From contig MU056000.1 of NCBI GenBank assembly GCA_013239625.1, positions 10,739,175-10,803,174 of the forward strand: a stretch of 64,000 bases of DNA. The letters are read 5' to 3'. This DNA is from Lama guanicoe. Its lineage: Eukaryota. Below are positions 52,503 to 64,000 of the stretch, piece after piece. A model generated the notes under the pieces. The model ran no database searches and had not been told where the DNA came from. It saw only the letters and a list, made by a program, of their open reading frames with translations. Numbering within the stretch: the stretch's first letter is position 1; each line of letters starts with the position of its first letter. A program made the position numbers and the translations under genes.

Positions 52503-52570
52503 TTTATTTTAAATTTTATAACTATAATTTTATAATTATAATAAATTTATAATTATAATTTTAAAATAAA
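52503..52570. repeat. AT-rich quasi-palindrome
   Basis: 68 bp with a single C. Outer arms tttattttaaa / tttaaaataaa are perfect reverse complements. Confidence 0.75.
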
Positions 52571-52966
52571 CAATGGGTTTTCTAAGTACTGGGCTGTTTT
52601 AATGTGTTAAAAAACCAAGTATCTGGCTTACTAAATAAAACTGGAAAACTTTCTCAGTCCCTCCAAGCACCTATTGATGTTTTTTCCATTTAAAACTACA
52701 AATAGTAATGTGAAAAATCATAGTTTTTGTGGAATTGAATGAGACAATACATGTTAACACACTTTGTATAACACCAACATATTATGCATATTCATTAATT
52801 CATAGTATAACTCATTATGGGATGAATTGTGTCCTTCTGAAATTCATATGTTGAAATCCTAACCCTCAGTACCTCAGAATTTGACTGTATTTGCAGATAG
52901 GGCCTTTAAAGAGATAATTTAGGTAAAAAGAGGTTATATGGGTGGGCCCTAATAGAATGTGACTAA

Positions 52967-54140
52967 TGTCTTAGTCTGTTCAGGGGGTTTTGACAGAATA
53001 CCACAGACTTGGTGACTTAACAACTAGAATTATCACCTCACACCAGTCAGAATGGCCATCATTCAAAAGTTTACAAATGACAAATGCTGGAGGGGCTGTG
53101 GAAAAAGGGAACCCTCCTACACTGCTGGTGGGAATGCAGTTTGGTGCAGCCACTGTGGAAAACAGTATGAAGATTCTTCAAAAGACTAAAAACAGACTCA
53201 CCATATGACCCAGCAGTCCTACTCCTGGACATATATCCAGAAGGAACCCTAATGCAAAAAGACACCTGCACCCCAATGTTCATAGCAGCACTATTTACAA
53301 TAGCCAAGACATGGAAACAACCTAAATGTCCATGGACAGATGACAGGATAAAGAAGATGTGGTATATTTATACAATGGGATACTATTCAGACATAAAATG
53401 ACAACATAATGCCATTTGCAGCAACATGGATGCTCTTGGAGAATGTCATTCTAAGTGAAGTAAGCCAGACAGAGAAAGAAAAATACAATATGATATCACT
53501 CATATGTGGAATCCAAAAAAAGAAAAAAGATAACGAATGAACTTACATATAACACAGAAACAAACTCACAGACATAGAATATGGACTTGTAGTTACCAGG
53601 GAGGAGGAGGGTGGGAAGGGAGAAACTGGGAGTTTGAGATATGCAGATATTGACTGGTATGTGTAAAATAGATAAATTTATACTGTATAGAACAGGGAAG
53701 TATGTTCAATATCTTGTATTAGCTCATGGTGAAAAAGAATATGAAAATGAATATATGTATATTCATGTATAACCGAAGAATTGTGCTGTACACCAGAAAT
53801 TGACACAACATTGTAAACTGACTATACCTCAATTAAAAAATTAACAACAACTAGAATTTATTTCTCACAGTCTTGGAGGTTGATTAGTCCAAGATGAAGA
53901 TGTTGGCAGATTCGGGGTCTGATGAGAGCGCTCTTCCTGGCTCATAGATGGCCTTCTTTGTTCTTGTGCGATGAAAGGGACTAGGGAGCTCTCTGGATCC
54001 TCTTAAAAGACACTAATCTCCTTCATCAGGGCCCCACGTCCATGACCTAATAACTCCCAAAGGTCCCATCTTCAAATAGCATCACACTGAGGGCTAAGAT
54101 TCAACATAGGGATTTGGGGGACCATATCCAGACCATAGCA
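52967..54140 (-). mobile_element. MLT1A-type solo LTR nested in MLT1B, itself split by L1
   Basis: Starts tgtcttagtctgttcagg, ends ccagaccatagca. Degenerate 5-bp TSD actaa/actgg. Confidence 0.85.
53032..53845 (+). mobile_element. 5'-truncated L1 nested in MLT1A
   Basis: Perfect 13-bp TSD aacaactagaatt at 53019-53031 and 53846-53858. Confidence 0.95.
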
Positions 54141-55149
54141 ACTGGTGTCCTAATAAGAAGAGGAGATTAGGACACAGACACTTCCAGGAGGGGAACCACG
54201 TGAATTCACCAGCGGATGATGGCCATCTACAATGTAAGAAAAGACGCCTCAGAAGAAACTGACCCTACTGACACCTCTATCATCATGGACTTACAGCCTT
54301 ATGAACTATGAGAAAATGAATTTCTATCAATGGAGCTGTCTGACTAAGTCTGTGGTCCTTGGCACAGAAGCCAGAGCAAACTAATATAACCCTCTTACTG
54401 AGTTCACCCCAGGAAACTGTGGACTACAGACAAAAGGCTTTTGAGCAAGGTGACTGTTATATTCTGGATAAAGGGTTTTACCCCCTTGTGAGCCCATTCT
54501 AGAAAAGAGTTCTTTTTACAAATACAAAGCAGCAGAGAAAACAAATATCCAGCTTTCCTGTCTTCACTCACTCCCAGACTCTCAGGATCTTCTGTGTAGG
54601 TCTGAATCAAATCATTTTGTCACCATGTATGTTTTAATCTTCATTTTGAGTCTATTTTTATTGTTAGGTTTGCACAAGTATTTTCTGATCCTATTTGTCT
54701 CAGTACCTGGAGATTTTTTTACATGTGTGCAAACTTAAACACAGCGTGAAGTGGACACTGAGTTCTTGTGACTTCTTTTTAGCAAGAGTCCAGGCCATGG
54801 GGACACTGAATCTTGAGGGACCAGCCCGTGGGAGCCCTCCCACTGCATCCCTCCCATGCAGGGATGATGCTATTTCCTTCTGACCAGAGAAGATCAGCCC
54901 CTCAGTGTCTGCTCAGAAGGCCCCTTCCACACAGGCCACTACTTTTGGGTCTCCTTGCCCCGGAGGTGGTCTTTCCCCATGCCCCTTTTGGCAACAAGCT
55001 GAGACCTAACTAAGAGTTCAAATATTCGTACACCAGGGTTAACAAGTGTCAGAGCCTGGAAAAGGGAGAGGACTCGGGGGTTGGGAAGCTGATGCTGGGA
55101 AGAGCTTCCTCAGAAAGAAGGCAGTGGAAGTTTCTTTTTAAAAGTTGCA

Positions 55150-56225
55150 GGTACATGACAAGATGCTCAGCCTTCGTCATTAGGGAAACGCAACTATGAG
55201 ATGAATAGTTCTGAGAATCTAAGGATAACATGGTGACTCTAGTTGATACTCGACTGTATAATTGAAATTTTCTCAGAGAACAGAACTTAACCTGTCTCAC
55301 CAAATTAAATCAGAAAGAGATATGGGAGATGATGGATGTTTTAATTAACTGGATGGGAGGAATCCTCTCACAATGCATATGTTTATCAAATCATCATGAT
55401 GTATAGTTTAAATATCTTAACAATTTTATTTGCCAATTACACCTCAATAAAGCTGAAAAAAAAAAAAAAGGAAACGCAAACCCAAAGCACAATGAGAAAC
55501 CACTTCACATGCACTGGAATGGTTGAAAAAAAAAGACAGATCATCTATAAAGAGTGTTGCTGAGGATGTGGAGAAATAAGATCCATCATACACTGACGGT
55601 AGGAATGTAAATTGATGCATCCACTTTGGAAAACAGCCTGGCACTTCCTCAGATTGTTGGATTTAGAATTACCATCTGACCCAGCAATTCCACTCCTAGA
55701 TATATACTTAAGAAAAATGAAAATCCGTATCTATACAAAAACTTGTACATGGATGTTCATAGCAGCATTATTTCAATAGTTAAAAGGTAGAAACAACCCA
55801 AATGACTATCAACTGAAGAACGGAGAAACAAAATGTGGTATGTCTATACAATGGAATATTATTCTGCCATAAAAGGGATAACTTTCTGATATATGCCACA
55901 TCATGGATGAACCTTGGAAATGGTATGCTAAATGAAAGAAGCCAGTCCCAAAAACCCACACATATTGTATTATTCCATTTATGCAAAATGTCCAGAATAG
56001 GCAAATCTATGGAAACTGAAAGGAGATTGTGATTGGGGGAGAGACAGCTACTGGGTATGGGGATTCTCTTTGGGGTGATAAAAATGTTCCAAAATGGCTG
56101 TGGTGCTGTTTACATATATCTATGTGTTGCACATATCTATGGGTTTTTCAACAAAAACTGTTGAACACTTTCAATGGGTGATTTACAATATGGGAGTTAT
56201 ATCTCAACAAAGATGAAAAAAAAAG
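55150..56225 (+). mobile_element. L1MB-type 3' end hosting a second L1 3' fragment (55194-55469)
   Basis: Host reads agatgctcagccttcgtcattagggaaacgcaa|acccaaagcacaatgag. The insert ends in poly-A with TSD ggaaacgcaa (55184-55193 / 55470-55479). Confidence 0.88.
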
Positions 56226-56579
56226 TATAGTAGGGACCAGGCCTTCCAAGAGAGGAGAAGCATTTGCTGGCTGGCATTTGGATGTTAAGCAAGATGATTT
56301 CATGAATGGCAAAGTCATAACCTTAGAAATCTCGGTGAAGTGTTCCCGTGCCCATGCTTAATAGAGGGGCATGGGACCACCAGCATTTGAGTGAACCATG
56401 TAGGCTGGAGACTGGAGCCTCTTTCCTGTGTCTCCCTGAACTTTTAGCCTCTTAAATTCCCACATGACATAAACAAATTTCATTCATTCAACCCCAAACA
56501 CAAATTAGGTTGGATTTAGATAATGCTTGAAGAAAGGAACAACATAACAGCTTCAGTATTATTTAAAACTTTTATTGAA

Positions 56580-57110
56580 AGTTTTTTTTATGTTTTAAAA
56601 AAATTGAAGTATAGTCAGTTATAATATGTTAATTTCTGGTGTACAGCATAATGTTTCAGTCATACACATATATAGACATATTCATTTTCATTATAGGTTA
56701 CTACAAGATATTGAATATAGTTCACTGTGCTATACAGTATAAACTTGTTGTTTTTCTATTTTATATAAAGTAGTTAATATTTACAAATCTCAAACTCCCA
56801 ATTTATTCCTTCCCATCCCCCTTTCCGCTGATAACCATAAGATTATTTGCTATGTCTGTGAGTCTGTTCCTATATTGAGGTATAGTTGATTTACTATGTT
56901 GTGTTAATTTCTGGTATACAGTGTAATGATTCAGTTGTACATATACATTCTTTTTCATATTCTTTTTCATTATAAGATATTAAAAGATATTGACTATTAG
57001 TTCCCTGTGCTATACAGTAGGACCTTGCTATTTATTTTATATATAGTACTTAGTATCTGCAAATCCCAAACTCCTAATTAATGCCTCCTCTCTCTTTCCC
57101 CTTCAATAAT
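56580..57110 (-). mobile_element. Two tandem L1 3'UTR fragments (~56600-56870 and ~56872-57110)
   Basis: Two successive attga(a/g)gtatagt...gtgctatacagta units. Confidence 0.85.
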
Positions 57111-57153
57111 TGTATAGCTTCAATCTTGAATAATGCTTTCAGACCTATGGATT

Positions 57154-57172
57154 TTGCAACTAGATGGCATTT
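57154..57172 (+). promoter_or_regulatory. CTCF-like motif
   Basis: TTGCAACTAGATGGCATTT. Confidence 0.4.
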
Positions 57173-58299
57173 AAAGAAATTTTACCTATAACCCTATTTA
57201 TTATATTCTCCAAGTCAATATTTGATTCCTGTGAACTTCCTTTCATCCATCCCCTTCTTGAAGAACATATCTACTGCATGCTTCCTATTAACTTTGCTAT
57301 GACATTCTAAAATAGGTCTTGATCAATTTGACATTTAAATAGCCATTGGGCAGAGATGTAACCACATGCTTGAATAAATACTATTTGATTATGGCTTTAT
57401 AGAAATGCAATATTCTTTAATTACAAGAATTATCTCCAAGGTAGATAAAGAACTCTGCTCTAGATAGTCTAAGACACTAAAATATGAAAAATGGAAAAAT
57501 GGTTATTGAGGCTCTGTTGACTGAAGGATTAACTGAGAAATGAGAACTGACTAGTGTGAAACATTTGGGCAACAACTTCCAGACAGGAACTCAATAAGCT
57601 TATGTAAAATTAAAAAAAAATATGCTCCCCTTTGTGAGAGAACCCGCCTCCCACTTTTAAGATACTGTGATGCAATGCTGAGAAGGACACACAGAGGTGA
57701 AAATTGATGTTCCCTGAAGAGCACATTGTAAATTCAAAGCCAAAATTCTTTCAACAAGATTAGTAAGTGCTATTCATGGTGTTCCCCGGGCAGATCAACA
57801 GTGTGAAAAGTATGTCTACAAAATCCTCTGTTGTCTTCAGATGTGTATGAGTGTATGAGGGGCAGCCAACCATAGGAGGAGCTCTGATCATCTTTTGGAG
57901 GAGAGGGGGCACAGTGTGGAGGGCCAAGTTGTAAAACGCAACTCATTTTTAGGCAAACCTGGTGGTTAATTAAATGGCTGACTTGTAAGCTAAAGACCTT
58001 TAATGGAGAATATAGAACTTCCCTAACTACTAACTCGCAACCCTTAGAAACATAATAAGTGAGAAATCCTCCCTAAGTTTATAAACATAGAGTAAGCCAA
58101 TATGGCCCCGGTCCGATGGAGAGGTCAAAAATTAGAAACACAGAGAAAGAACATAGCAGCTTATGCTTCTTTCTGGTTAGTGATTAATCATTAAATAGTT
58201 AATAAAATTCAGTTAATACTTTTATTTATTTAAAATAACAACCAGAATTAATTTCTTATTCTGGCAATAATGTATTTGAAAAATAAGGAGACCCGGGTT

Positions 58300-58425
58300 T
58301 GGACATGTCTGCTTTCAACTTCTGTGACTGGGCAGTTCTTTTCACCTCTCTGGGATTCAGTTTCCCTATCCATATAAGGACAGTACTTAAAGATCCTAAA
58401 ATGCCTTCAACTTCATGACTTAATG
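58300..58425 (+). mobile_element. MIR3-like fragment
   Basis: ctgtgactgggcagttcttttcacctctctgggattcagtttccctatc...aagatcctaaaatgccttcaac. Confidence 0.65.
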
Positions 58426-59435
58426 ATTTATGAATCTTGGGTTTCAGAGTTGGCTGCCTCACTGATGATTTATCCGAGTAAAATAACATTATTGACTCTC
58501 CAATGAGAGACTAATATTTCCTGTGGGTGAAAAATTAATTTTTAGCTATCACTAATGTCAAACCAAAGAAAATATCCTGACTCCAATAAGAAATTTAAAG
58601 AGTCTGCCCAGAGATAGATGGCTAGGAACTAGCAGTGTGTGAGTTCCCATAATTAACTGAAACTCCACATAGGAATCTTTCTTAATTTATGAAAAAATTC
58701 TGTGGTTCCTTTTCTTTTCCAAACTAAATACTCTTAAAGAAATGAAAATATGCTTAAGGAGAATACTTAATAGGAGCAACTCTATTATATTTTCTTATGA
58801 ATAGTGTCTAACCCTTTAAATGATGAAACTAATATTACAAAGTGATAAGAACACATTACCATATGCTAATCCACCGTTCGTAATTTCTATTTAATCTCCA
58901 AGAAGGAAATGAATCGTCAGACACTTGAAATGCATACCTGAAAATTGGGTGCTCTGAAATTTGGATGAACTAAATAGCTTTTCCTAAGGCCATTTACGTA
59001 ACCAAAAGTGACCACGTAGTCATAGTTGTTTAGATCAGTGACTAAATATACTATGACAGCAGATGTTTGAGGATTTATGAGTGAGGATGTCTTTGGATGT
59101 AAACATCAACAACACAAAAACCTTGAACTGACTTGTGCAACGAGGCAAGAAGAAGGGAGGGATGTGGGGTGGATGTGACCCAGACTTCCGTCTCTGTTTC
59201 CCAATATTCTTTCTTCTCTCCTGTGTGTTGTTCCATCCTTAGTTTGGATGCTGGCTTCAGAGTCAGGTTGTCATAATTCCTATTTTGCTTCTGTCACAGT
59301 GCCTGGAACATGGTGAACCTGCCATGAATAATAAAATTTGTGATAAGTACTGGCATTTATTAAGCGCTCATTACATGTATTAAGTGTTTTGCATGTATTG
59401 AGTCATTTACTCTTGACCATCACCCTGTCAGGCAG

Positions 59436-59966
59436 TGTGAGACTTTAAAAAATATATCCGCACATTCTTTGAGACGCCTCCCTTCAAGAGGCGAGGTCTT
59501 ATTTCCCACCTCTTGAGTGTGGCTTGGACTTAAAGACTTGTTCTAATGAGTAGAGTAAAGCTGAAGTAATGGTGGGTGGCTTTGGAGACTAGGTCATAAA
59601 AAGGCTGTGGCTTCCATCTCGGTTGTTTTTTTCTCTTTTTCTCTCTCTCCTCACTAATTCTGGGAGAAGCCAGCTGCCGCACCCTGGGGACACGCATAGA
59701 CAGGCTTGTAAAGAGGACCATGTGCCATAGCTGTGAGGCCTGCTGACAACCACATGAGTGACCCTGAAGGCAGACTCCCCACCGACCTTGGAGGTGACTG
59801 CAGCCCCTGTTGGCAGCTTGACAGCAACCTCATGAGGAACTCTGAGCCGGAGCCACCCAGCTAAGCTGCTCCAAGATTCCTGTTCCTTAGAAACTATGTG
59901 AGATCATCAATATTTGTTTTCAGCTACATTTCTGCTGAGTTTTGGGTAATTTGTTACATAGCAATA
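59436..59966 (+). mobile_element. MLT1F MaLR solo LTR inserted in a minus-strand MIR (~59340-60100)
   Basis: cattctttgagacgcctcccttcaagagg...gccacccagctaagctgctcc...ttgttacatagcaatag. Flanks ggcag/ggcaa; the MIR resumes at tattatccccattttacagatgag. Confidence 0.85.
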
Positions 59967-60180
59967 GGCAAGTCCTACTATTATCCCCATTTTACAGATG
60001 AGCAAATTGAAGCAGAGGAAGGTAAAGTAACTTGTCTCAAGTGATGCAGCCAGGGAGTTACAGAGGAAAGAAGCAGACCCACACAGTCTGATTTTTTGAA
60101 ATTCTTGATCTTTTAAATTGCCCCCAATTTCAAGATTGGTGAATAATTTCAGGAGGATTGAGATGATTAAGAGACTGTCA

Positions 60181-60650
60181 ATATGGCATATTTCTTCATC
60201 TTTCTGGTTTACTTCACTTAGAATGACATTCTCCAGGTCCATCCATGTTACTGCAAATGGCATTATTTTATTATTTTATACCATATGATATCACTTATAT
60301 GTGGAATCTAAACAAAAAGACAAACAAACTTCTTTACAAAACAGAAACAGACTCACAGACATAGAAAGCAGACTTACGGTTACCAGCGGGGGAGGGAATG
60401 GGAAGGGATAAATTGGGAGTTTGAGATTTGCAGATACTAACTACTCTATATAAACTAGATAAGCAACAAGTTTATACTGTATAGCACAGGGAGCTTTATT
60501 CAATGTCTTGTAGAAACTTATGGTTAAAAAGAATTATGAAAATGAATATATGTATGTTCCTATATGACTGAAGTATTATGCTATACACCAGAAATTGACA
60601 CAACATTGTAAACTGACTATACTTCAATACAAATATATTTTTTAAAAATA
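60181..60650 (+). mobile_element. L1 3' end with ~97-bp 5' inversion
   Basis: 60181-60277 is antisense L1 (encodes MPFAVTWMDLENVILSEV on the minus strand); sense L1 starts at ataccatatg (~60279). Confidence 0.9.
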
Positions 60651-62739
60651 GAATACCAAAAAATATTCTTAACATTATTTTATTTGTAGCTAGAAATAAT
60701 GTTTCTATGTCTTAGAAGCCATCAGGCATTTAGATGTCTTAGATCCTTAAGTCACAGAATACAGATGTGAGAGGCAGTTCATGGCTTTAGGAAAGGGGTA
60801 AGGAATTTGCTGAACTTCCACATAAGGGGAGAGCTTTGAATTCAAGTTCTGTGTAGACACAGTTGCTACTCATTGAAACTAGGCAGTGAGACAGTAATGC
60901 ATTGTAAGTATTTACTTTTATAAATTCTGGTAAGTGTAATTCTAGCTACGGCAGATGTGGGGTGATTTCTTCAGGCACCAAGATGAGACCTGATGAAGCC
61001 ACTTTGTTCTGAATTCATGTGACCGTCGATCTGAAAGTCAAGAAAACCTAGGTCTTAATTCCTGTATCTTTGCTGAGTTATCCCGGTGAAGTCCCCACTC
61101 TGTGTTTTTCCTTATCACTTGCAAATCGCTCAGTCCTACTTCTCTGAAGGAGAAAGAGGCGTGCGGCTGAGTTCCTCCTGAATTTCTCAGTCCTCCTTAC
61201 TTTCTTGTTTCTGACTCCTCAGTTGAATGAGGGCAATGTGGACTGGCTGTGAGCTCCTGGGGCAACAAGAGACAGTTCCTGTTTTTACATGGAGGGTTTT
61301 CTAAAGAACCAGAGCCCTGGGAGGGGAAGTTGGCTGCCTGAAGTCACTCTAAGAATGAATGATAGGGCCTCAAACACTGGTTATCCTTCCAATGCTGTGT
61401 TTAGAATTTGCTCCAGCTCTTACTTGAGGGTGGGATGACTCCTTACTCAACCTTGGGAGGCAACCTATACAAAGTCTAATATTCCTTGTACCCTGAGTAT
61501 TCAGGTCTCTCTTACCTCCTTAATAGACTGGAAACTCTTAGAGGCAGAAAAATGAGAATAGTGCCTTGCCTTGAGCATGCCTCATAAGTACTAATGTTAC
61601 TGACAAGTAAGAATGAAAGTGAAAGGATGGATGGACAGACGGGTGGGTGGATGGAACTATAAAGCACACTGAATTTGCTTACTAAAGTTGCCTTGTTAGA
61701 TGTGCATTGAAATAAGGAAACAAACTTTTATGTGTATTTTGAATTTGCAAAACAGGTAAGTTTAAAACAGTTATTTTACTTTAAATAAAAATTGCCTTAA
61801 GAATAAAGTCCAGTTTTAAAAACTCATTTTACAGTAAACTTTTTAGAAACTGATCTATTGATGAGTTTTACAGTAAACAATAAAGTACTGATACTCAAAA
61901 TAACTTAGAGCAAACTATTTTCTAGCTTGGTCAATGTCCCATTTTAACAAATCTATTGTATTCTATTTCCACGTGCATAAATCAGTTTTTTGGCTGGGAA
62001 TGGAAAGTTAATTGATGATTGATTTGTAGTCTACCTTTCCCCCAAAGGATTAGACACTGTTTACTGCTAAATCATAATGCAAAATATAAATGCATATGAC
62101 TCGTAAACACGAGGTGCTTTTTGACACTTACAATATTACTCCCCAACAACACAGACCAAGCTACGATTCATCAGGTTAGAGATGAGCAAATGAATGGCTT
62201 CAGAGTAGGAAGAAGCAATAAAGGAAATTTTCTACAACCAAAGAAATAAGATGGGTTTGGGGCGGGATGATTAATACTGATGCCCAGTGATCACAGAGAG
62301 ATGGAGGGTTATGCTTTGGCTGGGTCCATCTAGGCGCTGACCACTGAATGCAGAATCATAGCTTTGAGACTCAGATTTGGATAGTATTATTTTGCAAGTA
62401 ATTTTATATTGTGAAAATGCCTTTCTCAGCAAGATTTAATAGACATCAAAATTCACTATTTACTAAATGCCTAGGGCACTGTGTGACCCGGTAAGCCAGT
62501 AGCAACTTTATTCATGGGTTAAAACATACATACATATAAGTATATATAAATATGCACACATTATATGTAATACATTCTCTATATATTTTATGGGTTAAAA
62601 TAAAAAAACATTAGAAAATAGTTTCACATCATCAGTAGGATGTGAATAATTATTGATGCTGTGAAACTGTTCATGTTTTGTTCCTGAAATAAATAATTGG
62701 GGAATATAATCTGAAATAGCTAAATCAAAATACTGAATT

Positions 62740-63125
62740 CAAAAAGGTAACTGTTTATATGATGTTGGACAAATGGCTGAAACTTTCTGTGCCTCCGAAT
62801 GTTCATCAGAAAAATGGAGCTGATAAGAGCGGAACTCACGTTACGGGGCTGTTGTGTTGACTGGATGTGGCAAAGCACATGATACAATAAATGCTCAAGC
62901 CGTACTAGTTATGATGCACACACAGCCGTGCCCTTCTCTTTATCATAACATTTATCATACCTTTTCCAACTGCTTGTTTAATTATCTATCTTCCTTTCTT
63001 GACCGTAAGCCTCATAAGAGCAGGAATCTTATCTTTTCTCATAGTATTTCTAGCATTCAGTGCTGGGCTTGGCATGTATAAGGACACTCAGTAAATATTT
63101 GCTGAATATGTGAATGAATAATTTG
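62740..63125 (+). mobile_element. MIR followed by an L2 3' end
   Basis: tgatgttggacaaatggctgaaactttctgtgcctc... then gaccgtaagcctcataagagcaggaatc...ctcagtaaatatttgctgaat. Confidence 0.7.
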
Positions 63126-64000
63126 GAGGGAAAGCCCTCAATTATTTTTAACATGGTGTGGGTCAAATAAAACACATCGGAGGACTGCATTTGGCCTATG
63201 GACATCCAATTTGTGATTTTTGCTAAGAGTATGGCCATGATAATTTAGCATGGAAGTCTTTCAGACATGTGTTATCAATCTCTTATATGACTCTGGAAGA
63301 CTCAACAAACATCCATAGCATGTCTAATTTTGGACAATAAAGATGCTAGTGAAACCTTGACATTTCAATAGTTCAGATGATTTCAAATATTTCTCTTCCA
63401 AACTGAAAGAATGACAAAGTTGTTTTATTTCCTCTCCCTTTAAGTTAAAAATAATTCTCCCTGTTTTAAAAAATGACAGTGTGTCTTAACAGCTTCCAAG
63501 TTATAGCTAACAACACTTTGCTGTTTCTTAGGGATGTGTTTCATCTGTTATCTATTCATAACCCAAAGTTGCTGTCCTTGCAGGAAGACCAGAAGCTATA
63601 TGGAGGGAGTCGCCTCCAATAAGTCCTTGATGTCCATGCTCTGTGCTCCCTACTGGTCCTTGAAATGCAATCTCTCCACCCAGTATTTAACTTCATGGCA
63701 TTTGGTACTTGGAAACTATTTGAAAAGAAAAAAAAATGACTTAACTCCAGTCAACGTTGCATTAAAAAAGTTTCCTTTGGATAAAAAATTAGGATAGAAA
63801 TGATGAGACACATTTCCCCAGGCATCATTCAGAGTTCACTATGAACAAATGTTAACTGTAAAAAAAAGTTTATGTAAATAATGCAGTTTCAATAACCGTA
63901 ACACATTCCTTATATAAGCATGGGCACAACTATTTTAATCGAACTTTAGTGGCTGTCTAGACAGACTGATAGAATATCTTGATCTGGAATTTAACTAGAG

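Larger units (their letters stand above)
52813..54388 (+). mobile_element. MLT1B solo LTR split in two (52813-52966 and 54141-54388)
   Basis: The two halves rejoin at ...aatgtg-act(aa/gg)-tgtcctaataagaagagg, as in the MLT1B consensus. Confidence 0.88.

Noticed and set aside
61700..61755. 56-nt candidate exon (ttgttag|...cag|gtaagt) with one open frame
   Set aside because: Weak polypyrimidine tract, unrecognised peptide and no partner exons found in the window.
1..64000. Novel multi-gene system, operon or CRISPR-like array
   Set aside because: No clustered long ORFs and no regularly spaced repeats. The recurring sequences are dispersed L1 3'UTRs, MIR and L2 copies in mammalian DNA.

Overview
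Repeat-rich, gene-free eutherian mammal DNA, either intergenic or deep inside a large intron. I find no protein-coding exon, RNA gene, CRISPR array or prokaryotic system. The window is a mosaic of ancient repeats (L2, MIR, MLT1/MLT2, LTR16A/LTR33, MER82, MER94, MER5A, MER20, MER3, ORSL, old L1M) and many younger 5'-truncated L1 3' ends of two 3'UTR types. A tRNA-Ala-derived SINE resembling the camelid Vic-1 family, together with no recognisable Alu, Bov-tA/BovB or PRE-1, suggests a camelid genome (inference). The only ORFs I recognise are broken L1 ORF2 fragments. Points worth a second look are: a three-level nested insertion; two twin-priming L1 inversions; a 3'-truncated L1 with an apparent TSD; a 19/20-bp inverted repeat split by an L1; four CTCF-like motifs in divergent arrangement; a nuclear-receptor half-site cluster; and an unexpectedly CpG-rich MIR. 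Repeat family names come from recalled consensus similarity, not a search, and boundaries of old repeats are approximate. I do not see evidence of a previously undescribed biological system.
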